From Gemmatimonadaceae bacterium (GTDB taxonomy: Bacteria > Gemmatimonadota > Gemmatimonadetes > Gemmatimonadales > Gemmatimonadaceae): a stretch of DNA of 46,305 nucleotides. The notes under the pieces are model-generated. The model did no database searches. It was not told the origin of the DNA and saw nothing but the letters and a program-made list of their open reading frames with translations. Below are positions 10,257-19,334 of this stretch, in pieces. The translations under genes were made by a program, and so were the position numbers. The DNA lies in contig JAXDME010000278.1 in NCBI GenBank assembly GCA_034666285.1, forward strand, positions 1 through 46,305, in the 5' to 3' direction. How positions within the stretch are numbered: the first letter of the stretch is position 1; the number at the start of each line of letters is the position of its first letter.

Positions 10257-10384
10257 CGAAGAGCGTGGCGGTCTCTCCTTCACTGCGGCGATGGCTCTGG
10301 TTCGCGTTCCTTTACGCAGCCGGAGTCGCAACTATGACAGTGGTGGCGTACGGCCTTCGCGCGCTGCTGAAGCTGTTCGCTTAA
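10247..10384 (+). CDS. Small single-TM protein, DUF2474-like (cyd/cio accessory candidate)
   Basis: MVLTKSVAVSPSLRRWLWFAFLYAAGVATMTVVAYGLRALLKLFA. The pattern RxxWFxxxxxxGVxxxxxVAYxLR directly after cydB is typical of DUF2474. Confidence 0.7.
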   Translation: MVLTKSVAVSPSLRRWLWFAFLYAAGVATMTVVAYGLRALLKLFA

Positions 10385-10422
10385 ACCAAACCGTCGCTTA
10401 CGACCACAAGAGAGGAAACGCC

Positions 10423-11559
10423 ATGACCAGCAGACTCATCGCGACCGGAGATTTCGAGGAAGCTCCCCTAGCCACCGCAAATCCTCTCTGGAGCGCCCGG
10501 CTTGCCGACGAGCCGGAAGATTTTGCGAAACTCGGAATCGAGTCGGCGCACATCGAAGCCTTCGAAGACGGGATGCGAACGCGTGGCGGACCGGGCGGCT
10601 ACGAGTGGTGGTACTTCGACTCCCACCTGCAAGACGGCTCTTCTCTGGTGATTGTTTTCTACACCAAGCCACAACTGAACCCGGGCGGCGAGCTGGCACC
10701 GTTCGCCTCCTTGGATCTCACTCGGCCCGGACAATCACCGATCAGACTCGAAGCGCACGTTTCGCCCGATGCGTTCTCGGCCAGCCCGGACCGGTGTGAT
10801 GTCAGGATTGGGGGAAACACTTTTCGCGGCGATCTTCGCGACTACGAAATCCACTTCTCCCACGACGATGTAGCCGTCGACGTAAAATTGACGGGTCAGG
10901 TCCCTTCGTGGCGACCGAGATCGGGCCACATGTTCTTTGGCGAGCACGACGAGCACCTGTTCGCCTGGCTGGTCGCGGTGCCCCAGGGCGAAGTGTCGGC
11001 GGACCTGAACATTCGCGGAAAGAAAGAACATCTCCAGGGTGTCGGCTACCACGACCATAACTGGGGTGATGTGTCGATGGCGAAGCTTATCAATCACTGG
11101 TACTGGGGACGGGCGCAGGCCGGCGACTATTCGATCGTAAGCAGCTACATCTTCGCGGAGAAGGAGTTTGGCAGCGCGGAGTTGCCAATCTTTATGCTGG
11201 CCAGAGGTGGCAAAATCATCGCCGATGACGCCCACAAGGTCCATTTCCATCTCGAAGACGAGCATACCGATTCAAAAAGCGGTAAGCCGGTCGCGAACGT
11301 CGTTGTTTACGAATATGAGGATGGTCCGGAGCGCTATCGGGTGAGCTACCGCCGCTCCCGAACGATTGTCGACGCCGAGCTCATCGAGAGAGTCAGCGGG
11401 TTCAAGAAGCTCGTGGCCGAACTGGCGCGGTTCGATGGCGCGTACCTGCGCTTCACCGGCAGCGTGCGACTCGAGCACTTCATCGACGGCAAGTTGCTAG
11501 AAGATGTCAGCGATCCGGGAATCTGGGAGATGATGTATTTCGGTCACGTCCACCGCTAA
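10423..11559 (+). CDS. CrtC/AttH-like (carotenoid 1,2-hydratase / lipocalin-like fold) protein
   Basis: YEWWYFD and GYHDHNWG motifs, HWYWGRA. AGAGGA RBS before ATG 10423. Confidence 0.7.
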   Translation: MTSRLIATGDFEEAPLATANPLWSARLADEPEDFAKLGIESAHIEAFEDGMRTRGGPGGYEWWYFDSHLQDGSSLVIVFYTKPQLNPGGELAPFASLDLTRPGQSPIRLEAHVSPDAFSASPDRCDVRIGGNTFRGDLRDYEIHFSHDDVAVDVKLTGQVPSWRPRSGHMFFGEHDEHLFAWLVAVPQGEVSADLNIRGKKEHLQGVGYHDHNWGDVSMAKLINHWYWGRAQAGDYSIVSSYIFAEKEFGSAELPIFMLARGGKIIADDAHKVHFHLEDEHTDSKSGKPVANVVVYEYEDGPERYRVSYRRSRTIVDAELIERVSGFKKLVAELARFDGAYLRFTGSVRLEHFIDGKLLEDVSDPGIWEMMYFGHVHR

Positions 11560-11625
11560 TCGACACCTTCGCGGAAGAGTCCTGGTATCCCAGTCGGGTC
11601 GTGCTTCCTCGAGTTGCTGGCGGCG

Positions 11626-14600
11626 CTACGTGACGACGCCGATGGGGACAGTGAAACGGAAGAGCGCGCCATGTGGGACGCGCGGCGACACCCACAAGCG
11701 CCCGCCGTGAGCGTCGATGATCGAGCGGCAGATCGACAACCCCATGCCAAGACCCTCGGGCTTGGTCGTGACGAAGGGGTCGAAGATGCGCTGGGCGATG
11801 GCCGGATCCAGTCCCGGCCCGCTGTCCTCGACCGAGATCAGGACACTGCCTGCCTCGGTTAGTGCGGACGATACCGTCAACTCCGTCGCACGGTCCGTGA
11901 CCACTTTCATCGCGTCGATCGCGTTCAGGATCAGGTTCAGCAGCACCTGCTGTAACTGCACCCGGTCGCCCACCATGGCCTGATCGCCGACGGCGAGGTC
12001 GGTCCGCAGAACGACGCCGTGCCGCTGCACTTCACCGTGGGTGAGCGCCAGCACCTCGCGGATTGTCTGATCGATGTTGAACGTAGTGAGGCGTGGCCCG
12101 GATTTCGTTGCGAGCGAACGCAACCCGCGGATCACATCAGCCGCGCGCTGCCCGTCACTGACGATGCGCGCGAACGCGTCACGCGCTTCCTCGATCTCAG
12201 GCGTTTCGCGATCGAGCCAGCGCAACCCGGCGCTCCCTCGGCTCACGATGGCGGCGAGGGGCTGATTGATCTCATGCGCAATCGACGTCGCGAGCTCGCC
12301 CATTGTAGTGAGCCGCGCCGCACGTGCGAGCTCCGCCTGCGCGTCGCGCAGCGCTTCCTCGGCATTCCGACGCTCGGTGACATCCATGACGACGCCGCTG
12401 TATTCGAGCTCTTCGGACACTGACTCGTCGGGGCGCCCTACTATATGGAGGCACTTGATCGAGCCGTCGGGGAGCACCAGCCGATACTCGTGTTCGAACC
12501 GGAGTCGTTTGCGCACAGCCACGTCGAGCGCGTCCTGAAAGGCAGCCCGATCGTCGGCGTGAGTCATTGCAATGAAAGTCTCTGCTGGCGGCAGCGGTGC
12601 ATCCGGATCCACGGAAAGGATTCGCCGAAGCTCTGCGGACAGGGCGACCTCGCCGGTACTGGTCTTCCACCTCCAGCTTCCGGTATGGCTGATCTGCTGA
12701 GCCTCTTGAAGTGACGCTTCGCCCCGACGCAGTGCGTCTTCCGCCCGCTTACGGTCAGTTATGTCCACCACGATCCCAGCGAGGAGAGGCGTGCTCCCCG
12801 CCACCGGGATTGGAAAACCGCTGACCTCCGCCCAGACGACGCGACCATCCTTGTGCCGATACCGTTTCTCTACTCGCGTGGGCAGCTTTCCCGCTGCAGT
12901 TCCCACGATCATCGCCTCGGTCATAACGCGATCGTCCTCATGGGTGATGTCGGCGGCCGATCGGCCGCGCAGCTCCGTCTCGGAATAGCCCATCATTTTC
13001 TGGAGTGCAGAGTTTGTCGCGACGTAGTGCCCGTGAGTATCCGTCAATGCGACGCCAACGGGTGCGCCCTCGACCAGATTACGCCACCGCTCTTCGCTCA
13101 CTCGCAACGCGACTTCTACTGTCTGGCGCTCCCGGTTTTCATTGATCAGTTGCTCATAGAGGCGTGCATTCTCGAGTGAGATCGCGGCCTGCGACGACAG
13201 GAGCTCGAGCACAGCGATCCGCTCCGGTGTGAACACGTGCGAGGCCAGCGTGTTCTCGAGATAAAGAACGCCAACCAGCGTTGCCTGCTTCATAAGTGGC
13301 ACGCAAAGGACCGAGAGCGCGTGGGTCTGCGCGAAGTACGGATCCGCCGAAAAAGGGTTTTCGGCCAGGGCGTCATCAAGGATTACGTTTTCGCGAGTCC
13401 GGATTACAGTATGAAGCACGGACTCTGGCATGTCGATCGACGTCACCGTGTGATGCCGCAATTTCACATCGACTGTTTGCCGATCGGTGCTAGCCTCCGC
13501 TTCGAGTTTCGGGGTGTTCCCGCGCAGGAGAACGAGCAGGCCGCGCTCGGCGCCAGCGTGCTCGACCGCGATCGTCATCAGGGACTGGATGAGTCGGTCA
13601 AGCACGATCTCACCGGAGATAACCTGCGACGCTTTGACCACTGCGCCGATGTCCATCTGCCTGACGGACGCGTCTAACGCTGCATTAGCCCGCGTAGGGG
13701 GCACGTCATCGCGAAGCTCAGGGTACAGCTGCTCGAGCTGCCGGACCTTGCCGTCGGCGCCCCAGCGGCGATAGCAGTTCCGCGCGTTCCGGCGATACAT
13801 GCGAGTGAACGCCTCGAAATTGCGCGCGGCGTAGAACCGCGCAGCCACCTCGTAGGCCAGCCCTTCGTTCTGCTCCAGCCGATTTTCGTGCGCTGAGCAA
13901 ATGGCCTCTTCGTAGAGACGCATCGCCTCGGCATCTCGTCCTTCGAGGCGCGCGATCTCAGCCGACACGAGTGCGTGTTTATCCTTGAACGTCGGCGGAT
14001 AAGTGTCGGCCCACTCGCGCAGCCGCTCCTGGTGCTTCGTGAGGAGATCCCGCCACTCAGCCTGTTCGGCAGGCGGACCTTGCTCGAACAGTGCCGTAAC
14101 CGTCAATGCGGCATAGTAGAAGTAATCGAGCAGCTCGATCTGCGCGGTTGCGATCAAAAGGAGCGCCTTCGCTTTCTCAGCTGCGGCGAGAGCCTCCGCG
14201 TAATCACCCGACAGGAACCGCGCTTTCAGTTTGAGGATCCAATAGAAGCAGACCATCAAGGGCATTCGGTTCTCTGTCAGATGGGCCTCGAATGTCGCCT
14301 CGTCGAACTGCGCGTCACTGAACGTGGAGAAGCTCGCCGTCCTGCCCTGCATGGTAGCGACGAAGCGCTGTTGGCTCCGTATTATGTCCTCAGTGTCGCC
14401 GTACCTGGCTTGCCGGGCGACGTCCAGTGCCACCTCAGACTCGCGCCAAACCGCGTCGAGCGGATCGTTGCGGAGCAGAAGGCCCGGAACGATCTGGTGC
14501 ATTCCGTAGCAAGCGAAGGTCATATCGCCAATCTCGATCGCGGCGCGAGTCGTCGCGCGCATGTACTCGATCCCGGTCTCGACCGGCTGCGTCCAGAAGG

Positions 14601-17538
14601 CGACCGTCCCGGTCGCATGGTAGACTTTGGGGCGGTTGGCGATGAAGCCATGCTTCTCCACGAGATCGCAGGCGAGCCTGGCGAAACGATAGCCCTCGCC
14701 GTAACGGTGAAAGACCGGGCCGGAGATAAATCCGAGAAGGGCAAATCCGAGCGCGGAAGCGTCGCTGATTCCGTGTTGCATGCTGAGATTCACCATGCGA
14801 CAGGCAATCACGCAGAATGAGTGAAAGTCTGTGAAATAGGCCGGCGGACCGAGAACCGAGAGCATCTGCACGGCAGCCTGCAGCTCCGGATCGGTCATCA
14901 GCGGGAGATCGATCAGGCTGTCGGTTGATCGCCCCTCGAGACTTTGCCCAACACTTTCGTATTCGAGCTGCACTTGCTCCCACGTCGGATGCGGCGGGAT
15001 GTCGATGTCGAACAGGCGCAGACACGTGAGCGCGCTGGCCACAGCCTGGGGATTTTCCGACTTCACCGTATGGAGTAGAACCTTGATGTGATAGGCGGCC
15101 GCCTGATCGACATTCGACGCCGCGTGCCGCAGCAACTCCGCGCACAGTCGCTCCGTTTCGTCGAAGTTTCCGCTCAGAAATTCGCACTCCGCGCGTTCAC
15201 GCCAAAGATCGAAGGCCAGTTCGTAATGTCTTTCCCAATCCACTTCCTCGAGCAGAGCCATACCGGCTGCGAGATATACGGACGCCGACGCATACGCCGC
15301 CGAACCCTTGGCTCTCTGCCCGGCGCGGAGGGCTAGCGCCGCAACCCGCGGCTTCTCATCCGGGTCAACCACGCGGGCGATGCCGCGAATGAACTGATTT
15401 GCGACGTCGAACAAATGGTCTGAGAGCTCATCGCTCGTCATGCGCGACAGTAGGGCGCGTCCTATGCGCAGGTGTGCTTCCGCACGGCGTGTTTCAGGAA
15501 TCAGTGAATAGGCGCCCTGCTGTATCCTGTCATGCAGAAATGTGTAGGCGGTCTCCTGGCGGAGAATCAGCCCGGCATGAACAGCTTCCCGGAGCGATTC
15601 ATCAATCGCCTCTTCTTTTTCCCCGTGAACGAGAGTGAGCGTAGCGATTTCGACGGCGTTGCCAAGACAGGCGAGCTCTTTCAGTGCTTGCTGCGTGGGA
15701 GCCGGCAACCGCTTCAGTTTACCAGTCATGAGCTCCGCGACATTGTTGGCGTAGCTCTTGGCGCGGATGCGACCGATGTCCCACCGCCACGCTCCCGCGA
15801 CGGTGTCGAACGCAAGCGACCCATCATCCGCCAACGCTGTGAAAAAGTGGATCGCGAAGAACGGATTTCCGCCGGTCTTCTCATGAACCAGTTGCGCCAG
15901 CTCCAGCGCGCGCTCCGGTTCGCAGTGCAGCGCATTGGCCACGAGACGCCCGACATCGTCGAGCCGAAGGGGTGCGAGCACAATCTCGTCCACCCTCGCG
16001 CCGGAAGTACGCATCGCATCTAACGTGCGCCTCAGCGGGTGCGAGTGACCGACTTCGTTGTCGCGGTATGCGGCCACTAGCAAGAGATGACGTACCTCCT
16101 GATGCGCGAGCAGATGCTCGATCAGATCCAGAGTCGCCGCGTCGAGCCACTGGAGATCGTCGAGGAACAAGACGAGCGGATGCTCCTGCCGCGCGAAGAC
16201 CGCGACGAAACGGCGGAATACCATTTGGAACCGATTTTTCGCATCATGCGGCGGGAGATCGGCGACTGGAGCCTGCGGTCCAACGACGAGCTCCAGGTCG
16301 GGCACCAGATTCACGATCAGCTGCGCATTGGGCCCTAGGGCATCGCGCAGCGCATCGCGCCAGCGAGCGAGATCCTCTTCACTCTGACCGAGGAGCGGTC
16401 TCACGAGGCTCTGAAATGCCTGGGCCAGCGTTGCAAACGGGATATCGCGCTTGTACTGGTCGAACTTGCCGGACGCGAATAGCCCGCGTGACGGGGCGAG
16501 TACTTTGTGGAGCTCGTGAACCACCGACGATTTTCCGATGCCGGAATAACCGGCCACGAGCACAAGCTCCGGTGTACCTTGCGCGACGACACGATCGAAC
16601 GCAGACAACAACGCGTCGATCTCTCGCTCACGCCCGTAGAGTCGCTCCGGGATCAACAGCCGATTCGACGCGTCATGACTCGCGAGGGGAAAGGTCTCGA
16701 TGCAGCCGAACGCATCCCAGTCCGACAGGCATCGCCGCAGATCGAGAGCGAGTCCGGCGCAAGTCTGGTAGCGGTCTTCAGCCCTCTTCGCGAGCAACTT
16801 CAAAACGATTGCCGAGACCTGCGCCGGTATCGCCGGCACTCGCTCGCTAGGTGAGTCCGGTTGCCGGGCGATGTGGCAGTGAACCCACTCCATTGGATCG
16901 CTGGCGATGAACGGGAGCGATCCGGTGAGCATTTCGTAGAGGGTGACACCAAGCGCGTAGAGATCACTCCTGCTGTCTACTGATCGGTTCATCCTCCCGG
17001 TCTGCTCGGGCGCCATGTAGGCGAGCGTCCCTGCAATCACCTCTGGGGCTGCCGGCGTTTGATGCTCGCGCGGCAGGTGCGAGGCGATGCCAAAGCCTGT
17101 GAGCCACACGCCGCCTGACGCCGTATCTACCAGAATGTTGGCCGGCTTGACGTCCTTATGGATAAGCCCCTTCGCGTGCACATGCCCCAGGGCTTCCGTG
17201 AGTGGGATGGCGATGCGCAGAAATTCGCCAACGCCTAGCGGCTGGCCCACAAGCCGTTCGAGTGGCTCGCCCCCGCGGTCTTCGAGCACCAGTACCTGCC
17301 GCAAATCGCGCCTGAGCAGCTCCAGTGGCCGCGCTGCCCAGTCGGCGTTGAGCTCTGTGCGCAACGCGAATTCGTGCTCGAGGCGCTCGAGAGACTCCGG
17401 CCCGGGATGGTCTCCGCTGGGCGCGACGAGGAGGATCGGGGCAAGGCCGTCGCCCAGACCCCGCGACAATGTGAAGGGGCCTTCCCGCAACTGCGAGAAT
17501 TGGTACGCCGAGAGTTCGGTCACAGGGAGCCTTCCCAT
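11626..17538 (-). CDS. Multidomain Ser/Thr-kinase-like / AAA-type NTPase / GAF / 2xPAS / histidine kinase
   Basis: HKDVKPAN and YMAPEQTG; Walker A GYSGIGKS and Walker B LFLDDLQW; helical region; GAF (LVGVLYLEN); two PAS/PAC; H-box HEINQPL; NLILNA, DSGPG, FDPFVTTK, GLGMGL. Confidence 0.93.
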   Translation of the reverse strand: MGRLPVTELSAYQFSQLREGPFTLSRGLGDGLAPILLVAPSGDHPGPESLERLEHEFALRTELNADWAARPLELLRRDLRQVLVLEDRGGEPLERLVGQPLGVGEFLRIAIPLTEALGHVHAKGLIHKDVKPANILVDTASGGVWLTGFGIASHLPREHQTPAAPEVIAGTLAYMAPEQTGRMNRSVDSRSDLYALGVTLYEMLTGSLPFIASDPMEWVHCHIARQPDSPSERVPAIPAQVSAIVLKLLAKRAEDRYQTCAGLALDLRRCLSDWDAFGCIETFPLASHDASNRLLIPERLYGREREIDALLSAFDRVVAQGTPELVLVAGYSGIGKSSVVHELHKVLAPSRGLFASGKFDQYKRDIPFATLAQAFQSLVRPLLGQSEEDLARWRDALRDALGPNAQLIVNLVPDLELVVGPQAPVADLPPHDAKNRFQMVFRRFVAVFARQEHPLVLFLDDLQWLDAATLDLIEHLLAHQEVRHLLLVAAYRDNEVGHSHPLRRTLDAMRTSGARVDEIVLAPLRLDDVGRLVANALHCEPERALELAQLVHEKTGGNPFFAIHFFTALADDGSLAFDTVAGAWRWDIGRIRAKSYANNVAELMTGKLKRLPAPTQQALKELACLGNAVEIATLTLVHGEKEEAIDESLREAVHAGLILRQETAYTFLHDRIQQGAYSLIPETRRAEAHLRIGRALLSRMTSDELSDHLFDVANQFIRGIARVVDPDEKPRVAALALRAGQRAKGSAAYASASVYLAAGMALLEEVDWERHYELAFDLWRERAECEFLSGNFDETERLCAELLRHAASNVDQAAAYHIKVLLHTVKSENPQAVASALTCLRLFDIDIPPHPTWEQVQLEYESVGQSLEGRSTDSLIDLPLMTDPELQAAVQMLSVLGPPAYFTDFHSFCVIACRMVNLSMQHGISDASALGFALLGFISGPVFHRYGEGYRFARLACDLVEKHGFIANRPKVYHATGTVAFWTQPVETGIEYMRATTRAAIEIGDMTFACYGMHQIVPGLLLRNDPLDAVWRESEVALDVARQARYGDTEDIIRSQQRFVATMQGRTASFSTFSDAQFDEATFEAHLTENRMPLMVCFYWILKLKARFLSGDYAEALAAAEKAKALLLIATAQIELLDYFYYAALTVTALFEQGPPAEQAEWRDLLTKHQERLREWADTYPPTFKDKHALVSAEIARLEGRDAEAMRLYEEAICSAHENRLEQNEGLAYEVAARFYAARNFEAFTRMYRRNARNCYRRWGADGKVRQLEQLYPELRDDVPPTRANAALDASVRQMDIGAVVKASQVISGEIVLDRLIQSLMTIAVEHAGAERGLLVLLRGNTPKLEAEASTDRQTVDVKLRHHTVTSIDMPESVLHTVIRTRENVILDDALAENPFSADPYFAQTHALSVLCVPLMKQATLVGVLYLENTLASHVFTPERIAVLELLSSQAAISLENARLYEQLINENRERQTVEVALRVSEERWRNLVEGAPVGVALTDTHGHYVATNSALQKMMGYSETELRGRSAADITHEDDRVMTEAMIVGTAAGKLPTRVEKRYRHKDGRVVWAEVSGFPIPVAGSTPLLAGIVVDITDRKRAEDALRRGEASLQEAQQISHTGSWRWKTSTGEVALSAELRRILSVDPDAPLPPAETFIAMTHADDRAAFQDALDVAVRKRLRFEHEYRLVLPDGSIKCLHIVGRPDESVSEELEYSGVVMDVTERRNAEEALRDAQAELARAARLTTMGELATSIAHEINQPLAAIVSRGSAGLRWLDRETPEIEEARDAFARIVSDGQRAADVIRGLRSLATKSGPRLTTFNIDQTIREVLALTHGEVQRHGVVLRTDLAVGDQAMVGDRVQLQQVLLNLILNAIDAMKVVTDRATELTVSSALTEAGSVLISVEDSGPGLDPAIAQRIFDPFVTTKPEGLGMGLSICRSIIDAHGGRLWVSPRVPHGALFRFTVPIGVVT

Positions 17539-17687
17539 GCACGAGCACGCATACCCGCCACACGCCCGAGACTGAGGCGGCGGCGAGTTATTGCATACCG
17601 CATAGTCGTGAACGCATTGTGACTTTGCAAGCGCTGAGACGCCTTGTCGCTGTTGTCTGGCCTATGCGAGCACGGGAGGGTAGGTCG

Positions 17688-19334
17688 TTACCGGGCCATC
17701 ACGCTGTCCCGCGCGAGCACGGTACCGGAGACGTCGGCCATCGACTCGTAATACGAGACGAACCGGTCCGTCTCGGGAGCGCGCTGCAGACGGAGATTCT
17801 GCGCCCACCGAAAGCCAATAGGCTGGTACCAGAGCTCCACCAGGACCTTGAAAGGCCCCTGTCCTCGCGGGACGTCGATGTTGTAGCGGGTCAGAGCCGA
17901 GCCGCCGACGAACGCGGGATCGTTCGCCGCGTCACCTACGACGGCGATGTCGCGATCGGCCGTTGTCTTGTCGAAGCCGCGCGGCAGAATGCGACTGTCC
18001 TTCAGGTAGCCTATACCAGACACGATTCCGGTCGTGACGATGCCGTATGGATCGCGCATGATCGACTCGTAGATCTGCACCTGACCGGATTGCGTGATTT
18101 CGCGATAGTGCGGTTCGTACCTGAGGCGATCGTCATCGTTGTCGTTGCCGACAATTCGACCGGTCCGGGTCAGAGCGCCCGACTCAAAGACTATTGCGCC
18201 AGATCGGTCGCGCACGACAACGTGCAGCCAGGCGCGACGCGAGGGATAAGCCGTCGGGAGCTTGTGGCCGCTCAGGTTCGTCACCTCCACATCTGCCACG
18301 AGATGTCCCGAAGCGGCGTGCCCCGGTCGTACCGTCACCGTCGCAGCTTGCGCCAGGATCGCGCGCGTCTGCGACATCGCGAGATCGAGCTCCTGCGGGA
18401 ATGCCTCGACTGCCAGCTCCGCGCGGTAACGATTGAGCATGCCGAGCACGAAGAAATTTCCGCCTGGGAACCAGTGCCGCCGCACGTCGGGCCGCGACTG
18501 GCCACGAATCGCCGTGATGGGAACACTGTCGCCCGCGGCGACGACGCGCGGCATATGACACGACTGGCAGCTTTGCTCGTTGCGGTACGCGCTGTGTTTC
18601 CACTCGAGAAAGGGCATCTGCTCGGGCAATGTGCCGACACGGCGACCCGTCGAATCCAGGCTCGGTGTGTACAGCGTGTGACACGTCGCGCACAGCTCGG
18701 ATTGGCGAATATGTTCGCTCTGGGTCGGAACGAATCCGCTCGACGAGTGCATGATCGTCGTGTGTCCGCGATCCACCGCGTAAGGGCCGAAGATCGGCCG
18801 GCGACCCACGGGCGTCGTGGTGTCGATCACGAAGCCGCCGTTGAAGCTGGAGGAATCGCCGAGGCGCTCTGTTCCGATCTGGTGGCACATGGTGCAGGAA
18901 ACGCCATCCGCGGCGAGGCTGTCGAGATGATTGGTCCCTCCCCTGGTTGGGAACCGGTCGAAGACCAGTCCCCGGCCACCCGACGCGCGCGCGGCGAAGC
19001 GCTGCATGGGCATGTGGCAGGTGGAGCAGTCGTCCTGGATCAGAGCGCTCGCGGTCGGGTGATCGAGAACCTCGCGCCGCACGGACGCTTGCCAGTACGG
19101 ATCGCGTGACGAGTTGGCCATCATCGACGCGCGCCAGTCGAATCCGATCGACGCATCCCGTCCCGAGGGCGTGGTGAGACCGTTGTGACACGCGAGGCAC
19201 CGATCTGCAGTGAGGAAATGCGCCGGCCCAGCCTCACCCCCACTCGGCGCGGTGGTGTAGCCCATCGTCGCGATGAGCACGAGGATCGCGGCCACCGTCG
19301 CGACGGGCGCGCCGAGGCGTCTCAGTGCTCGCAT
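17688..19334 (-). CDS. Exported pentaheme c-type cytochrome
   Basis: Five CxxCH motifs (CLACH, CSTCH, CTMCH, CATCH, CQSCH). Signal peptide from ATG 19334 (MRALRRLG...). Heme-free C-terminal domain with GHKLPT. Confidence 0.85.
   Translation of the reverse strand: MRALRRLGAPVATVAAILVLIATMGYTTAPSGGEAGPAHFLTADRCLACHNGLTTPSGRDASIGFDWRASMMANSSRDPYWQASVRREVLDHPTASALIQDDCSTCHMPMQRFAARASGGRGLVFDRFPTRGGTNHLDSLAADGVSCTMCHQIGTERLGDSSSFNGGFVIDTTTPVGRRPIFGPYAVDRGHTTIMHSSSGFVPTQSEHIRQSELCATCHTLYTPSLDSTGRRVGTLPEQMPFLEWKHSAYRNEQSCQSCHMPRVVAAGDSVPITAIRGQSRPDVRRHWFPGGNFFVLGMLNRYRAELAVEAFPQELDLAMSQTRAILAQAATVTVRPGHAASGHLVADVEVTNLSGHKLPTAYPSRRAWLHVVVRDRSGAIVFESGALTRTGRIVGNDNDDDRLRYEPHYREITQSGQVQIYESIMRDPYGIVTTGIVSGIGYLKDSRILPRGFDKTTADRDIAVVGDAANDPAFVGGSALTRYNIDVPRGQGPFKVLVELWYQPIGFRWAQNLRLQRAPETDRFVSYYESMADVSGTVLARDSVMAR

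Noticed and set aside
11560-11625. Terminator between the convergent CrtC-like and kinase genes
   Set aside because: Only a 4-bp stem (CTTC-GCG-GAAG) and no U-tract.
11626-17538. Giant kinase/NTPase as an anti-phage STAND (Avs) system
   Set aside because: Its output is a canonical histidine kinase with GAF/PAS inputs and a nearby regulator. No nuclease or other defence effector is present.
17619-19109. 496-aa + strand ORF (also 4699-5880, 1593-2609, 8244-9218 and many similar)
   Set aside because: Antisense or off-frame shadows of well-supported genes, with Arg/Ala-rich motif-free translations expected in high-GC DNA.
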